Positions 23,501 through 37,527 of a stretch of 64,000 bases of DNA are shown piece after piece (the first letter of the stretch is position 1; the number at the start of each line of letters is the position of its first letter). The position numbers and the translations under genes were made by a program. Where the stretch lies: positions 30,112,299 through 30,176,298 of the forward strand of contig NC_134025.1 in NCBI RefSeq assembly GCF_964204645.1, in the 5' to 3' direction. The notes below the pieces were generated by a model, which worked only from the letters and a program-made list of their open reading frames with translations, searched no databases and was not told where the DNA came from. This stretch comes from Tubulanus polymorphus (taxonomy: Eukaryota; Animalia; Nemertea).

Positions 23501-25982
23501 TACTTGTTTATAACACTTGCGGCCCCCATTAATTTATGGCTTTGAAACTTCTTGAATATCACGATAATAGTGGTCAATATGCTTTCTTTGAATATTATAT
23601 AGATAAATAAAAAAGTAATGCTGTATTTGTATTTATTCATGAATAAAAATCAACAATTCATACTATCATGTTCTATATATAGGCTGCGAAAGAGGAAGTA
23701 AGTCAGCTTGCTTTTTCTGTGAAGGTTTTTTTGTAATATTGTGGTGTGTTTAACTGAATTTTTTTAGTTTTGTAACTATTTTAAGTTATTTATTCACAGA
23801 TTGCTTATTTTGTTGAGAAGGTATAGATATCTGAATACCAAACCTATTCATCAAATCAATCTATTTGATTTAGTTTAGACTGAAATTGAAGGAATTCTTG
23901 ACGGTTAACACGTTTAGGTTTTAATTTTCCGTTTCGTTTTTTAATGAATATTAGATTGAAATGATTTGATACCTCATCATAACAAATTCTATCCCTCATT
24001 TACAGTGTTCTCCTATAGCAGTAGATTCCTAACTCAACCAATATTAAAATCATAAATTTATTGACACTTATTATTACAAACAAGTCAATAAATAGGACAA
24101 TTGATTGGTGATGATTCATGTTTACCAGTCAGTCTTTTGTCCCAATTTGTATTTCAAATTCGATTTACTTAGTGTCATTTGGATCTAAGTCATTGATGTA
24201 ATGATTGTCCCAATCATGACATCTAAAGCGAGTTTGACTTCGACTATAAGAATTTTAATTGATATTCTATTGCGATGGTTCTAAGATTCTCTAGTTTGTA
24301 AGTGTTGATTTGACTTGAACTGAGTTGAGAGGAGTCGATTGTAATATCTACCCGCAATGTACCGTATATCCGTTATCATTGCAATTCCATCCACTATTTT
24401 ATCTGTGATTAAATTGAATTCAATTAATTGTTATTCAATTGAAACTGTTTCTAATATTTCTATATTTACTGCTTCATTGATGTTAATGTGAATTGCGTAA
24501 GTATGATATTTTAATGTAGAAACACAATGATGATAATATGAATATACATGAAAATAAATCATCACAAAAATCAACAGCAAAAAAAATGGAATGCGTCGGA
24601 CGCAGTTTAGAATTATTACCATATGTACGTTGATTAGTTCACAATATTGATATAAATCAGCTTAGAATAATTATGATTTGTAAAATACTATGATGACCTA
24701 AACGACCTTGACCTACTTCTACAGTTTTCTGTTAGAATTTGACTCTTTTGAAAGTTGAAATATAAAAAAAAACAAACAATTTCTTAAACTCGTAGATTCT
24801 AACCTAACCAAGGACTGCAGGACTAGATCCTGGTTTATTAAACAATTTCATTACAAATCACATGGGCTCGTCACAATTCTATAGATAATAAAAACTTATG
24901 AATCCAGTATCAGTGCCATTAAAAAAGAATATCAATATGAATAGTGATACTAGATCCATAAATTGAATTGTGTCTTACCCCCGATAACCCAGCAATACAC
25001 ACACACCGGTAGTAGAGTTTAGTAGATCATATAGATTGTTCTAGATGAGCACGCCTTGTGTTTTAATCAATCCAGTCCAAAATAATATGCAGTAATGAAT
25101 CGTAACTTCTTTTATAACACTATTGATATTAGTAATATTGTGTGAAACCATTTCTTTCAACTGCATATCAAACAGATTCGTTTTAATCAATGTTACTGAT
25201 ACGATATTTTATTTCATATTCTTCTTACTTTGTACAGGTTACACCACAGACAATTAAAATGATGGAAAGGGAAAAACAAAGTCTGCAGAGTCAACTGAGA
25301 GATATTGATTGGAGAATAGACCAGGAGTCGAAGGTAAGGCATGATAAATAAACCCTCACCCAGTGACACAATTATCAGTTAAGATTTGACTCTGGCTATG
25401 ACATCGGAAATGAACTAATTTCAAATCTAGAGTCAAATTAAAAGCTGCTTCCAACTGTTCCTGATTTTCAGCATTTGTTACGACTTAATTAGGAGAAATA
25501 CTGATTTGATTTGTGTGATGCATACAGAAATATGCAACTTGTTACTGAGGGTCTTACCGTTGATTACCGATTAATTTGAACATAGCAACTTATTTAATGA
25601 TATGAATGCAGTATGAAATGAATGAATATTTGTAGGCTTATCACAGAGCGAACGAAGAAAGAAAAAAGTATAACGTAGAAATAAGCGCTACTAAACATCA
25701 GGTCTCAGAAATTCATCAAAAAACAAAGACTGCAATTGAAGATGACGTCCCAAAATCAGTTAATAGCAGGTCCGTAGGTCCGGTTCTATCGCTCAAAATC
25801 CATCTGGTTTATCCATCGCTTTTTTACGCAGATTCTATTTTTCTCAAATTTTCAGAAATATTCCCCCAGATCAGCGAGTTATTGATCCGAGGAAGGGTCC
25901 GATTAAAAAGACAGCGGCTGTGAAATCATTACCGAAAATATCGAGTAATGCTTCTAGTAGAAGGAGTAGTTATAAAGACTAA
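20505..25982 (+). CDS. CCDC169: Coiled-coil domain-containing protein 169, complete
   Basis: Exons 20505-20581, 22519-22601, 23066-23179, 23287-23336, (23683-23697 candidate microexon), 25238-25333, 25636-25769, 25856-25982; phases consistent. Motifs GNEWKTRYEMQLEIN, LRDIDWRIDQESKAYHRANEERKKY and NIPPDQRVIDPRKGPIKKTAAVKSLPKI are characteristic of CCDC169. Confidence 0.88.
20864..22479. repeat. Tandem array of about 521-bp units (3 full copies plus a ~46-bp partial) in CCDC169 intron 1
   Basis: Units start at about 20864, 21391, 21912 and 22434. Near-identical GC-rich cores at 20943-21274, 21471-21795 and 21992-22316 are separated by AT-rich linkers. Confidence 0.95.
21471..21795 (+). ncRNA. 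Candidate structured ncRNA of unknown family (copy 2 of 3; others at 20943-21274 and 21992-22316)
   Basis: Hand-found helices: GGTAAC/GTTACC (closing), AGCTGT/ACAGCT, CCRCCAAC/GTTGGTGG, CCTRCCTGCCC/GGGCAGGTAGG, GGGAA/TTCCC, AGAG/CTCT, TTTGGG/CCTGAA. Two inter-copy changes are G-U to A-U. No expression evidence. Confidence 0.45.
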
Positions 25983-28900
25983 ACTCATCATCAATAGCGG
26001 CGCAGACTTCACCCTCGTCCGGGTTCATGATCCTGGTCTCTGGATCTGCCACTGGAACGCTTACTGTGCCATATTAGAGAGACAAGTTTCGATGGCCAAA
26101 AATTAATTCATCTTAAAACCACCATTACCGTGGCTACTTACTAGTCTGAATTGTATGTATTAGCATTTCTGTAACTGATTCAGATAGAATAGATTTTTCT
26201 ATCTCTTTATTGTAATTCTGTACTCATGTTATTATTTTCATGATTAGTAATTATTTATTATGAAGTGTTATGATTATAGATTGGTACATATCATAAATTA
26301 CCGGAGCAAATTATTAAAATTTAGTTCATTCTGTTGTTGACAATCATGACCAGAATCCACAGTCAGTGGAATTTGACTCGAGAGTTCATTTCCAAGGAGT
26401 TCATTTCCCTGGTTCGCACTACTTGATTACATTTCATTGATATTATCTCAAAACTGATATTCAAATAATGTTAATTTCTCATGATTATTGCAAGTGAATC
26501 CATATTTTTAGCGTGCCTTTGTTTTATGTGAAAAATGTTTGTTACTGTAATCTAATATGATGTTTCTTATGATCAAGTGCCAATTTTAGATTTATATATA
26601 ATGGTACAATTCTACGAAGCCTTAAAATCACTGTTTTAATCTTTAAACTACAAGTTCTTGGATAAGGTTTCTTTGTACCAGTGGTAAATTAATTGTTAGA
26701 TATTTATATTTTTATATAATGTTAAGTGAATTAAAAAAACGTATTTATAGTATCAAATTTAGTTGTTTTTATTCATGAATCTATTTGGTTGTTTTAAAAA
26801 TGGCTTAAAATAGGCTGTATGGTGCTGCTACCAAGCTTGCGCATAATAATAACCAGCCTGGATTGGCTAACTTGTCAACTCGTCATATCTCACGTAATTT
26901 AAAATGACTTCTGCTCACTCAAAGCCAAGCATAGAGAGTTCTGTGCCTTTAACTGCTGCAGTTGCTGTACTGGTACCAATAAAAGAAACGATTTAACCAC
27001 AAATGAAAAATTCAACTCGACTTAAATAATGAGGACATATTTTTTGAGTATCAAACCTGGATCTGCCCCTGCTTAAGAAACGAAATAAAGTCAACCCCCG
27101 ATATACCGCCCTCCCTTTTACTGCAACCCCCGCCTACCGCCAGGTGGGGTTGACTAATATTTAGTCCTGCTGCAGTTTGTTATAAATTTTCCACTATATA
27201 TGAATAGGAAGTGTCAATATAACGTTCACCTAAATAAGTACTTGGTTATTTATTGATTTCACAGTTACATCTTAATTTCATTCAGTTTGTTTCGAATGTA
27301 TCCACTAGTGAAAGGCCTATGCGGCAGAGGCTGCCATAGTAACACAGAAGCCCTATTGTTGTTGCTGGTTCTCTTGAGGACACACCCATCATTCTGCAAG
27401 TGGCAAAGAAATGAACCAGGAATGAAACCTTATAGATTACATCTATGGTACACGCTTTAAACACATCACATAACATCTGCAAGGGTTAATTTGAATAGTA
27501 GAAATTGCTGAACCATTAGACACATCCATAATTCAGTGGAACAAGGTTTTCAGATTAAGCAAACGCACAAGAGACGAATACTTAACATGGTGGAAGAGGT
27601 TTCGGGCATTAGGTCTACTAAACAAGGGTTAATGGTCATAGACTGTTTTATCACATCAACTGACGTATACTACTCCGGGAAGATAATGAAGCAAGTGAAA
27701 TGTGGGTCATTCTGAGGAAAAAGTGATAATTTCATAGTGATGATGCTAGAAGTTGAAATGATTTCATATATATGCATTGAAAGGTTGGGCTGCTTGTCAC
27801 TGCCCACACCCGCCCAACTTGAAATAACATGCATCATTCATGAAAACCAGAAGATAATTCCTGAAAATCAGAAACAAGAACAATTGCTTGCATTATAATG
27901 AAAAATTTGAAAACTTTATTAATTCCTTTTTTAGCAGTAGGAGATAGAGTTCCGTACAGTGAAAAGTTCCTCAACAGAAGTTTAATTTACACACACAAAA
28001 TCCTCACAACTAAATTTCTAAAACCAATGCATGCATCATGGACTATTTTACAGCTTATGTTCACAGAACAAGTAAGACATATTTCATTATTGCAATGATT
28101 GATCTGTGATAAAAAGTTTCAACAGTAAACCATGTGTAAGTTGGATCGCTGTAATGTTGGGTAAACGGCCAGAAGAACATGTTGGGTTTGGTTTTTCCTT
28201 CTCATCTTCAAGTGAATTACTCAGTGTCCCAAAGTTGGATTTTCTAAGTCAGAAACTTGCCTAAGTATTTTTTTTATGGTCCAATTAAAGGTGACTTTGA
28301 CTTTCCGAAGTCAGAGAAAATCTTCCAGTTCCAAGATACCTGATTTACGCATGGTTTACTGTACTCTACTACTACACAAGATGACTTAAAATTAAATGCC
28401 ACAAAAACGATCAATTTTAAGATCGCAGAAATGGAATGATATTCATGAATGACTAGCATAGTTTTCAGACATCTAAGATTTTACCCTGATATAATTCTAA
28501 AATGTACGAATTATGATGGAATTAAGATTCGCACGTTAAAATACATATCAATAGTTCAGAAAATTTGGAAAAATGTCGAATTTGTCAAAAAGGGGATAAA
28601 ATTCACTAAGTATGTGCGTAATATTGTGCTGATCTTAAGCATTTAGGGAGAAGTGGCCAAATTTTGACCCCCAGCCACCTTCACATACTCTATGAATAGC
28701 CCTTAAGTGAAATATTATGCGACCATTAAGATTTATGGTGTTCAGTCACTATTTATTATTATGACAAGATATTAATTCTCTTTATTGGAAAAAGAAGATT
28801 TGAGTACCTACACAAAAATCCAATGAATTTTCAAACCAAAAAAAAAAGAAAAACATCAGGGATAAAAAGTTCAAATTTAGCACAAATACAGTTAGACTAG

Positions 28901-29185
28901 TTTGAGAACACAGTTACGTATTTATTCCATGATGAAAGACTACGGAAAACTACATTCCTGAGCAAACCCTGATTGACGAAAACCAATCTATTATAGGATA
29001 ATGACGTTTAGTTGTGTTAAATATTGAGAAGCAGCAGATGTGATGATAAATAATAGATTCTGAGCCCAGTTACACAAAACATTCAATATCAAATAACCCG
29101 GTAAGTTTGATTTCTTGTATTATATAAATGATCGTGTATATGTCAAAATTAAATCCTTTTTTCGCAACTGGGCCCTGAGAACTTT

Positions 29186-29650
29186 GTCCCTTATGCACAT
29201 TTCATATTGGAAAATTATGGATGAAATTTTGCGGTTTTTTTTTTTAGATTCAATCGATACATTATATATATTTTGACCATTTTATTATAAACTTTATAAA
29301 ATGCCTGGCTGATAACAACAAAATGTGTTCACAGGCCACAAAAGATCCTAATTTTGTGTTTTTTTTTTTTCAGATTTAATTCTAACCATTTGCTATAAGA
29401 ATTGCCTGGCTCATTTCAGAACAAAATGTGTTGTTCACTGGCTACGAAGAATCCTAGTTCAAAATCCTACTGTGAATTACCGGTATCATTGAATTGAACT
29501 CAACTGTCTCTTATGCACACTATAGGAAATATTGGATGAAATTTTGTGGTTTTTTCAGATTCTATTTTAACCATTTCATTACATGCTGAATTTTCCTGGC
29601 TCATTTAAGAACAAAGCGTGTTGTTCACTGGTTGCGAAAAATCCTATTGT
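29186..29650. repeat. Degenerate triplication of ~120-160-bp units downstream of the channel stop codon
   Basis: Recurring blocks attttgYg..ttttt.agatt, accattt, cctggct, aacaaa..gtgtt..cacWgg and atccta. Confidence 0.7.
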
Positions 29651-30131
29651 GAATAAATGTTCCTATTTTTAGTGAGCTATTGAGATGCCGGAAAAATGGC
29701 AGCCCGAACGCTTTTCTAAACTGAACTGAAATTAAATGAATTCAGAGAAACTCCCTACAAAATCATCGCTAATCAGAGAAGTATATTTACATTATTTGAG
29801 ATAAAACATCGACCCGGAGTTAAATGAGAAGAAATAAAACACGGATAAAAATCTAATAGTAACAAGATTCGCCGCAGTAATGTTTGAAGAATAGTTAAAT
29901 ATAAAATATGAACATCGTTAACACTGTGAATATATCGATCGTTTTTTACATCGATATATTCATCATCTACATAAAAACAGTAGTACATTTTACTGCAAGA
30001 AACACACAATAAAACGTATGATTTGTGTAAAACAATTGGATCGGGAAGTATAACAAACTTTTTACAGAATTTCTGCTTATTTTACATTATTTATACTGGA
30101 ATTTACTCAACTGAGAGATTATCAATAACAT

Positions 30132-30136
<5 letters not shown>

Positions 30137-30220
<84 letters not shown>
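30137..30220. repeat. (TA)n microsatellite in the channel 3' UTR
   Basis: Directly visible; other (TA)n tracts at 37466-37526 and about 38797-38823. Confidence 0.97.
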
Positions 30221-30222
<2 letters not shown>

Positions 30223-30293
30223 CTCTATATTCATTTTCATACCGGTATCACAAGAAATTTCTGGTTGTGTTTCGCACGACACGCGACGCAAAT

Positions 30294-33200
30294 TTAAAGA
30301 TCAGTAGATTGCACGTTGTAGACGCTATCCGGATTATTAGACGATGATTTCGTCGTGTTTGGTAGGAATGAATACTGAGGGCGAACGTGAAAACTATGAC
30401 TCTTCTTCGGACCGTTACCGCTTAAACAAGACAGAGCCATTTCGTCGGTGCTTTTGGAATGAGTAAGATGCGATGGCGGTTTAATCTGCGACGACGCCGG
30501 CAACGAATGACGATGTGTCCGTGATTTCGGATCCAAACACGACGAATTATTCGAACTATTATCACAAACGGAGGCGAAACGATTTTTGTCGCCGTCGTCG
30601 AGACCCGCTGACGAGGTATGAGCTAACATGTGAGGGTAAGTCAAACCGGAGGTGGTCGATAGTTCCGTAGGTAAAATACCGCTCGCAGCCTCGTACCCGA
30701 CTGGATTACTAGTCGATGCGTGTAACTGATGCGGAGGACTGTCCCGTTCTACGGATTGTCCGAAATAAAACCTCGGTTTATTCGCGTCGACCGGTGAATG
30801 ATGCGGGGAACTATGCGATGAAAGCGGGCTACTCGTCGATAACGCGTTCAGAAATTTAACCATCGCGTGTAAATCTTTCCCGAGCGAAGCCACATTTTGA
30901 GTTAAATTCACAATTTTTTCATCCAAATTATCGACAGTTTGTTGCGTTTTTGCGAGTTCATCGAGAACGTTTTTCGACACATTTGTGTCTTTGCTATTTG
31001 TGCTTCCTGTTGGACTCACTGAAAGAGACAAACAGACAACTGTCGTTTATACTAGATCAAGTTCCACAAGTTTTATTTGAGTTTCATAACTGGAAGTCAC
31101 CTAATTTTGACTCTAGGACCAAGTTCCATCAGTTAAAATTCTAGTTAAGACTCCAGAGATCAGTTGGACAGTTGAGGCCAAGACCAGTCTAAGACCACCT
31201 TGGTTCTTGGTCTTACGATCACACAAACTATAAATAGTTCATGTCCAACGTCCAAATCTTAACCAAGAATCATGGAACCCAGTCCTGATTCAGATTCAAA
31301 CATGTGGAACTGGGTCCAGATTCGAATCTTACCTTCAGTGAATAATTGTGGAGCCGTTTGACTTGAGCGTAATGATTCTCGGTAATCCTGACGCTGATAT
31401 AGAGGTTTATTTCTCCAATGAGCTTCGTAACTATGTCTCCTTTGGTTTAGAACATCTGCTGCATATCTGTGTAAAACAATAGAAAACAGTACTATTTGAA
31501 TAGAATGAAACCTCAATGATATCGATGCGACTTCTGTCTGCAGTGTCATACAATCCCTCCTGATGATGGCTGACACTTTGTGGCATTTCATCTCAATCAT
31601 CTTTCTAAATGAATTCGTATAAATACTTTACATTTATTCTGCAAAATGCAGTAATGTGAAACTAATCACAATAATGAGATTATCTAAGATGCTCAATTAA
31701 AACACATGGATTGTGTTTATCGGTTTCATTTTGTCAATTCCATCATTGAATCAGTACAAGTCGAGCTCAACTAAAGTTCAAATAGGTCAAGCTCATGCTT
31801 CAGTCCAGACATAATCGACTAATTGGCCAATTCGAATATGAATTCATTAATGTAGTGTTTTAGTGATATTTGTTCAGTTATGAGAAACTAGAGACAGACG
31901 CAATTAATGCGCAGTAAGCACCGTTACAACCGGCAATAGCCAAGGGCAAGATGTATCCAATTATTGTTCTTGCCATGAAATCATCATAATTAACAAGAGA
32001 GAGAATATGTGGCAGAAGAGAACAGACCGGAAAAACACTGACACCAAACAGCAGATATATGATTATTATAAAACGTCGTACATATTGATTATTCAAGTGG
32101 AGAATTGAAGTCGATCTAATCTATCCACATACAAGTTAGGAAATTGAATCAAGATTTAAAATTTGGATCCAGTTCCGAGTTAGCATTTGACTAAGTTAAC
32201 TCATTCAAAATAAACTCAATTCAGCTTAGAGTTAGCTCTAACTCACAGCAGTGGAATTAGGTCCAGGGATCAGTCTGGAGGCCCAGTTTCACAAAAAGGT
32301 TTAACTCTTAAATCGATTTAATTTCTTCATTAATTCAGTTTACCTAAAATCGATTTAATCATTTTTGTGAAACTGGGTCCTGGGTTTATATCTGATTTTT
32401 GATTGAAATCGAACATTGAAAATGAACTAATTCTAATTAAATAGTTGATATCTATGAAACTTGAGTCAGGCAGTTGAAACAAACCTTTGAACTACGTCTG
32501 ATTTCGTTGCCGAATCAGAATCCTTAGTATTTGGCACATTATTATTTTCATAGTTGTTTTTAGAATCGGGCGACTGTAGAGGAGAAGTCTCTCCTTCGTC
32601 CTCCTCTTCTGCCTCTTCATCGTCCTCTGATATCGACGGCAGTGTCAGCGGAGGTAGAATTTCCATCTCCGCTTGCTGGAAATAAAAACGACAAACTGTA
32701 AATCCTGAAAACATTAAACATGACACATTCACCGTAGTAGAAATCAGGGGCAGATCCAGAGGCCAATTCTAAAGGACTTTGAAGGCACTTCGATATCCGA
32801 GAAGGTAATGTTAGGTTGTACTCCTGAACTGAAAGGCACCAATTTTCTTGGTTGACAAAATGAAAAACAGCACTCGAAAAAATTTGATAGACTTCTCCCA
32901 GGATTCACCCCTGAACATACTTTGTGCTGCCATTGTTTATAACAATGAACCTCAGTTATACGATCATTGATAAGGTTTGATTCCGTGATGAAAGCTAATG
33001 ATTCATTTACTTTTTTTACACGAGTCTCGGCGAGCATCAAAGCTTAAAGAACCGTTTCTGAGAAAAATCGATCTGAAATAATCGATAGTTTTTGACGTAG
33101 CTCGTTAACGACGTAAGAACATTATCCGGAAATTCAGGTTTTAATTATAACATTACGTTTAATGTTACACTACAACTGAAGACGTCCCACTATGAACACA

Positions 33201-36200
33201 GTCAAGCATTATTCATTCGTCAAATGTCACCATGTGTGAACTGAATTTATAACATTTGTGCCGAGAACATTCTGCAGAAACTCTGCTCAAATACGGTCGT
33301 CGCTGTCATCGTCGTGCTGGTGATGACACAAGATTCATACAGCAACCGCAATCACACCGAGACTATTTGGCCCGAACTAAACCCGCAGTCAAATTCGGCG
33401 CATGCTTAACTAGAAAGCGGGTTCACACGTAGATCACCGACTCGTTACTAAAATGTTATCAAAATGATGCTGTGGCAAGTGAGGTGAGCCACTTCCAGAA
33501 CCAGTTAGCATTCATGCGCAATAATTTGACCTGTGCTTGAAATGGGCCAAAAATGCTCATGTAATTGCGATTAACTTTATCTGCTGCTGCTGCTGCAATT
33601 TTACTGGTAATACCTTCCAAACAAGAACTGAAGCAGTGATAAATCTATCTAATTGATATATGCCTCCAGGTTAAAAATTCCAGGTACTCTCTCATCCCTG
33701 GTTAATAGGAATTCCTATTTGATGCATCCATATTTATGGCCACTCATAGTTGTAGGGATTTCTTCTTCAACCAAAGATGTTAATGTCATGAATTGATATT
33801 TGACCCAAAGCGAAGAAGCTCAAATATGATAATCATCTCGAGACGTTCCCTTCAAACACAGAATCTGAAGGGTTCTCTAACATATGATAAACGCTACAGG
33901 CCGAATGTGTTTTTTGGAATGAAATGGAATGAAAAAAAGAATCTAGAAAAACTATGAAATCGATAAAATGGAAATTTCGATTAAATATTTTCTAAGCATG
34001 ATTGATGTTGGTTATTCCAGGTCAGTGGAGATTTGAGGTCAATTGAATGATTTTAGACACTGAGGTTCAGTAACTCAAAGGATGTATGATTATTATATCA
34101 CAGTTACAAGACCTGCAACAAGAGCAAACAGGTTTTGATCGCCGAGTGTATAAGATATGTATATGTAATTCAATCATATTTTCCATCTATTGATAAACTC
34201 AACATTTTCTGCTCTAAACATATTTAAATAATCATAGTCGATACAGAGGACAAAATAGAAGAAATCTAGTGCTCAATATTTAATGTGCGATACATGCATT
34301 TAATTGAAATCTATTTGTGTAATGTTGATTAATATGAAGAACTGATTGATTTGGATAAGAAATGCAAAGTATCTTTAAACAATGGCTGCAAGGAGTGGTT
34401 ATCTGATAGAAGGTTTATATACCAAAAATATCTAAACGTGTTTCGGAGGATTTGAAAAAAAAAACAGTAACATGTGAAACATTATAAGTGAACGATAAAC
34501 CGGAATATTGAATATCAAATTAAATAAGGGCTCGAAAACAAAAATATATATATATATATATCCAAAGAAAAAGCTTTCACCGAAATCTTGATTGTGCATA
34601 TATGATATTTACATGAGATTAGCCAATAATTTGCATAGCTAGAGAGTGCAATAATTGAAATCCAGCCCAAATGTCTGCATAGCAACATTAATAAACTATA
34701 CATTACCCTACATACACCTGTCGATACTTCACTGTCTTCCTATAGTACACAATATGATCACTGTACATGTACAATTGTTGTACAATGTCGATGTCGTACA
34801 ATTTACTAGCACACTTTTACCAGAGATAAACCCGAATAGCAAACTATTCTTAAACATCAAAACAAGGCCTTCAGTTTCACAGTTATCAGTTCGAATTTGA
34901 GTAAGAGTTTATGAGGTACCAGTGGCGCGCACCAGATGGCGCAAAAATACATCGGGTTACATGTAGTGAAAATGTGTTCATCTTCGATGACATTTGATGT
35001 AAATTGTATGAGACAAGTCATGGAATAGATTTAACATTGACTTTCTCATTCAGTGCAAAGCAAAGATTTCAATGAAAATTGATTTACAAATGAGAAAAGT
35101 TGCAATGTAAGAAATTGAAGCGCAGTTACTGAGAAACCACTAGTGACACTGGTAGCTGTACCGATACCTCATTAACTTTATCTGCGATTAACTGGGTCTC
35201 TGACCGATTGTTTTAGTTCAGTTTCTAGTTTGCTGTTCAGGTCTGATGATGGGTCTATGCAAATACAATACACAGGGAGGGTACAAACAAAACATCAAAA
35301 AAGGCACCGATACATCATGATTTCATTACTATTACTTTTACTAAACTATAACAAGACTGAATCAATTCACAGTTAGTTTCTCAATGTATACTTATATACT
35401 CAAACTGTTTCATAATATTCTGGATCCAGTTCTACAGTTGTGAGTTAAATTAGAGTTAAAACATTGGAAATGAACTGATTTTAACTCCAACTCACAACTG
35501 TGGAACTAGGCCCTGCTTTTATAAGAGAGACATTGATATAAATTGATTCAGTCTCATTCACAGGGGCCGGTGCCTCTTTCATGCGCTGCTACCTTTTTCA
35601 TTTTATTTTCAGGTGGAGCCACTAAATTCGTGGCGAAAACCTGCAAAGTATTCATTTTCATATTTAAAAATAAGAAAGTTTTTTTCAAAGGGATTTGGTT
35701 ATGACTAGAACGTACAGAAAGATGATGTCAAGAGGAAGGGGCTGAGGCAGATTCTAACCACACTGCTGTCTAATGATGAATATAGCTTTTATAACTATTC
35801 TATCTATACACTGAAACTGGCGACAAAACGCTGAAAGCAAATTGATTTTAACACAGAAAGATATCATAGGCGTCACCAGGAACTTTTGAAGGGGGTTCAG
35901 ATTTGTGTTTTGACACGACAGCGTCACTTGCATGCATCTGATGTTTCTTAATATTTGTCATATTGACTGCTATTAGATTCGATCAATCTGGATATGTTCT
36001 CTCTGCCCCCTGGTGACGGCTATGGAAATTGTTTTTGAAAATCGAGGACGAACTTACCTCTTCCTCCTCTGCACCTTCGCGCATATTATACGTTAAATCA
36101 TGTTGGATGTCGTTTGAGAACGTTTCCGCGAATTCCGGATAGTTTTTCAATATCTCGACGAGACCGCAAAGATTAATGCATTGCAAATCGCAGTACGTCA

Positions 36201-37463
36201 ACGATTTTACGTCGCAGCTAGATCTCAATAAGCTCACGTCGTGGTTTAAATCAGTACCGAATAAATCACCCTTGCCTGCAAAAAACCGATAAATTAGACC
36301 AGTCAGCGATGATCTGATGAAAGCTATGAGATCACCTGTAGTTCCATCGTGCCGATCTAGATCACAGATCAATCATCAAAGTAAACTATCTCCGTCAGAA
36401 ATCAAATGAGCTGATGCTTTTTTTACTTATGGAGGTAAATTGCCTGTCTGTCTGTACAGTTTCTCCGCGCGCTAAACGCAGCACAGAAATCAACGGGTTG
36501 CAAAAATAGGATCAATTTTTTATCATATCTACTTATATGACTCGTAGCATTTCTGCATGGATCACGTGTGAATTCAATCTCATATCTATAGCTAGCTTTC
36601 TAGTATATTTTCTGATCAGTTTTTCATGCGATATTTATAAAATGACAGGTCATTAACAAATCAGTTTTCTAATCAAAGATTGGAACCCACCTAAAATAGC
36701 GACAACCGTGTCATCTTTCCATATTTCCATCGAACCGCTACATACAAAATATATATACTTCAAAGCATCTCCTTTGTGAACTAAATATTCTCCAGGAGTG
36801 CAAAATGTAGTCTTTATTTGCTGGGCGAGAACTTTGAGGCATCCCTGACTGGCCGACTCGAACAGAGCAAGCGCTAGAATCTCACGATTCAGATGAATCG
36901 CGATGTCACCCTTCAACTCTTCTGGGAAAACTTTTAAGATCTGGAAATGAAAAGCAATTATCTGGTTAAGAGATTTTCAGCGACGACAACGACATTGACA
37001 AAATATCTTTCAGATGAGAATATCACAAGTTGCATTCGGAACCTCGTGTACTTTAATTAGAAAATACCATCTTAACAAAGAGTTAATTCAACATTGACCA
37101 AGTAGTTCTTCTCAATACGTGGAAAATGGTCGCTACAGTGAAACTGGTTTAAGTCGTCAGTTGGGACGAAATGAAGACTTAGTAAATTGAATTTTAAATA
37201 AAAAAAGTAGGACAAGTTCAAAAATGTGACGACTCATCCAATGACTTAATCCAGACTGACTGTAGAATATATTCATATCAAATGGAAAAGACAAAATTAT
37301 TTCAATTTTTATTCGTCCCTTTAGATTAATAAATCAACAGACGCCTGGAGGGAAAAGTGGAAATAATTTTCACCGAAATATCGGATGATAAATTGTAGAA
37401 TATTCCGCAACAGTTTGCAGAATGAATAAGTAATTAATGAGAGCGAGAGGGAAAGAGGACTGA

Positions 37464-37527
<64 letters not shown>

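Noticed and set aside
27089-27155. Small inverted repeat agtcaacccc...ggggttgact
   Set aside because: Probably a collapsed DNA-transposon remnant; too short and single-copy to annotate.
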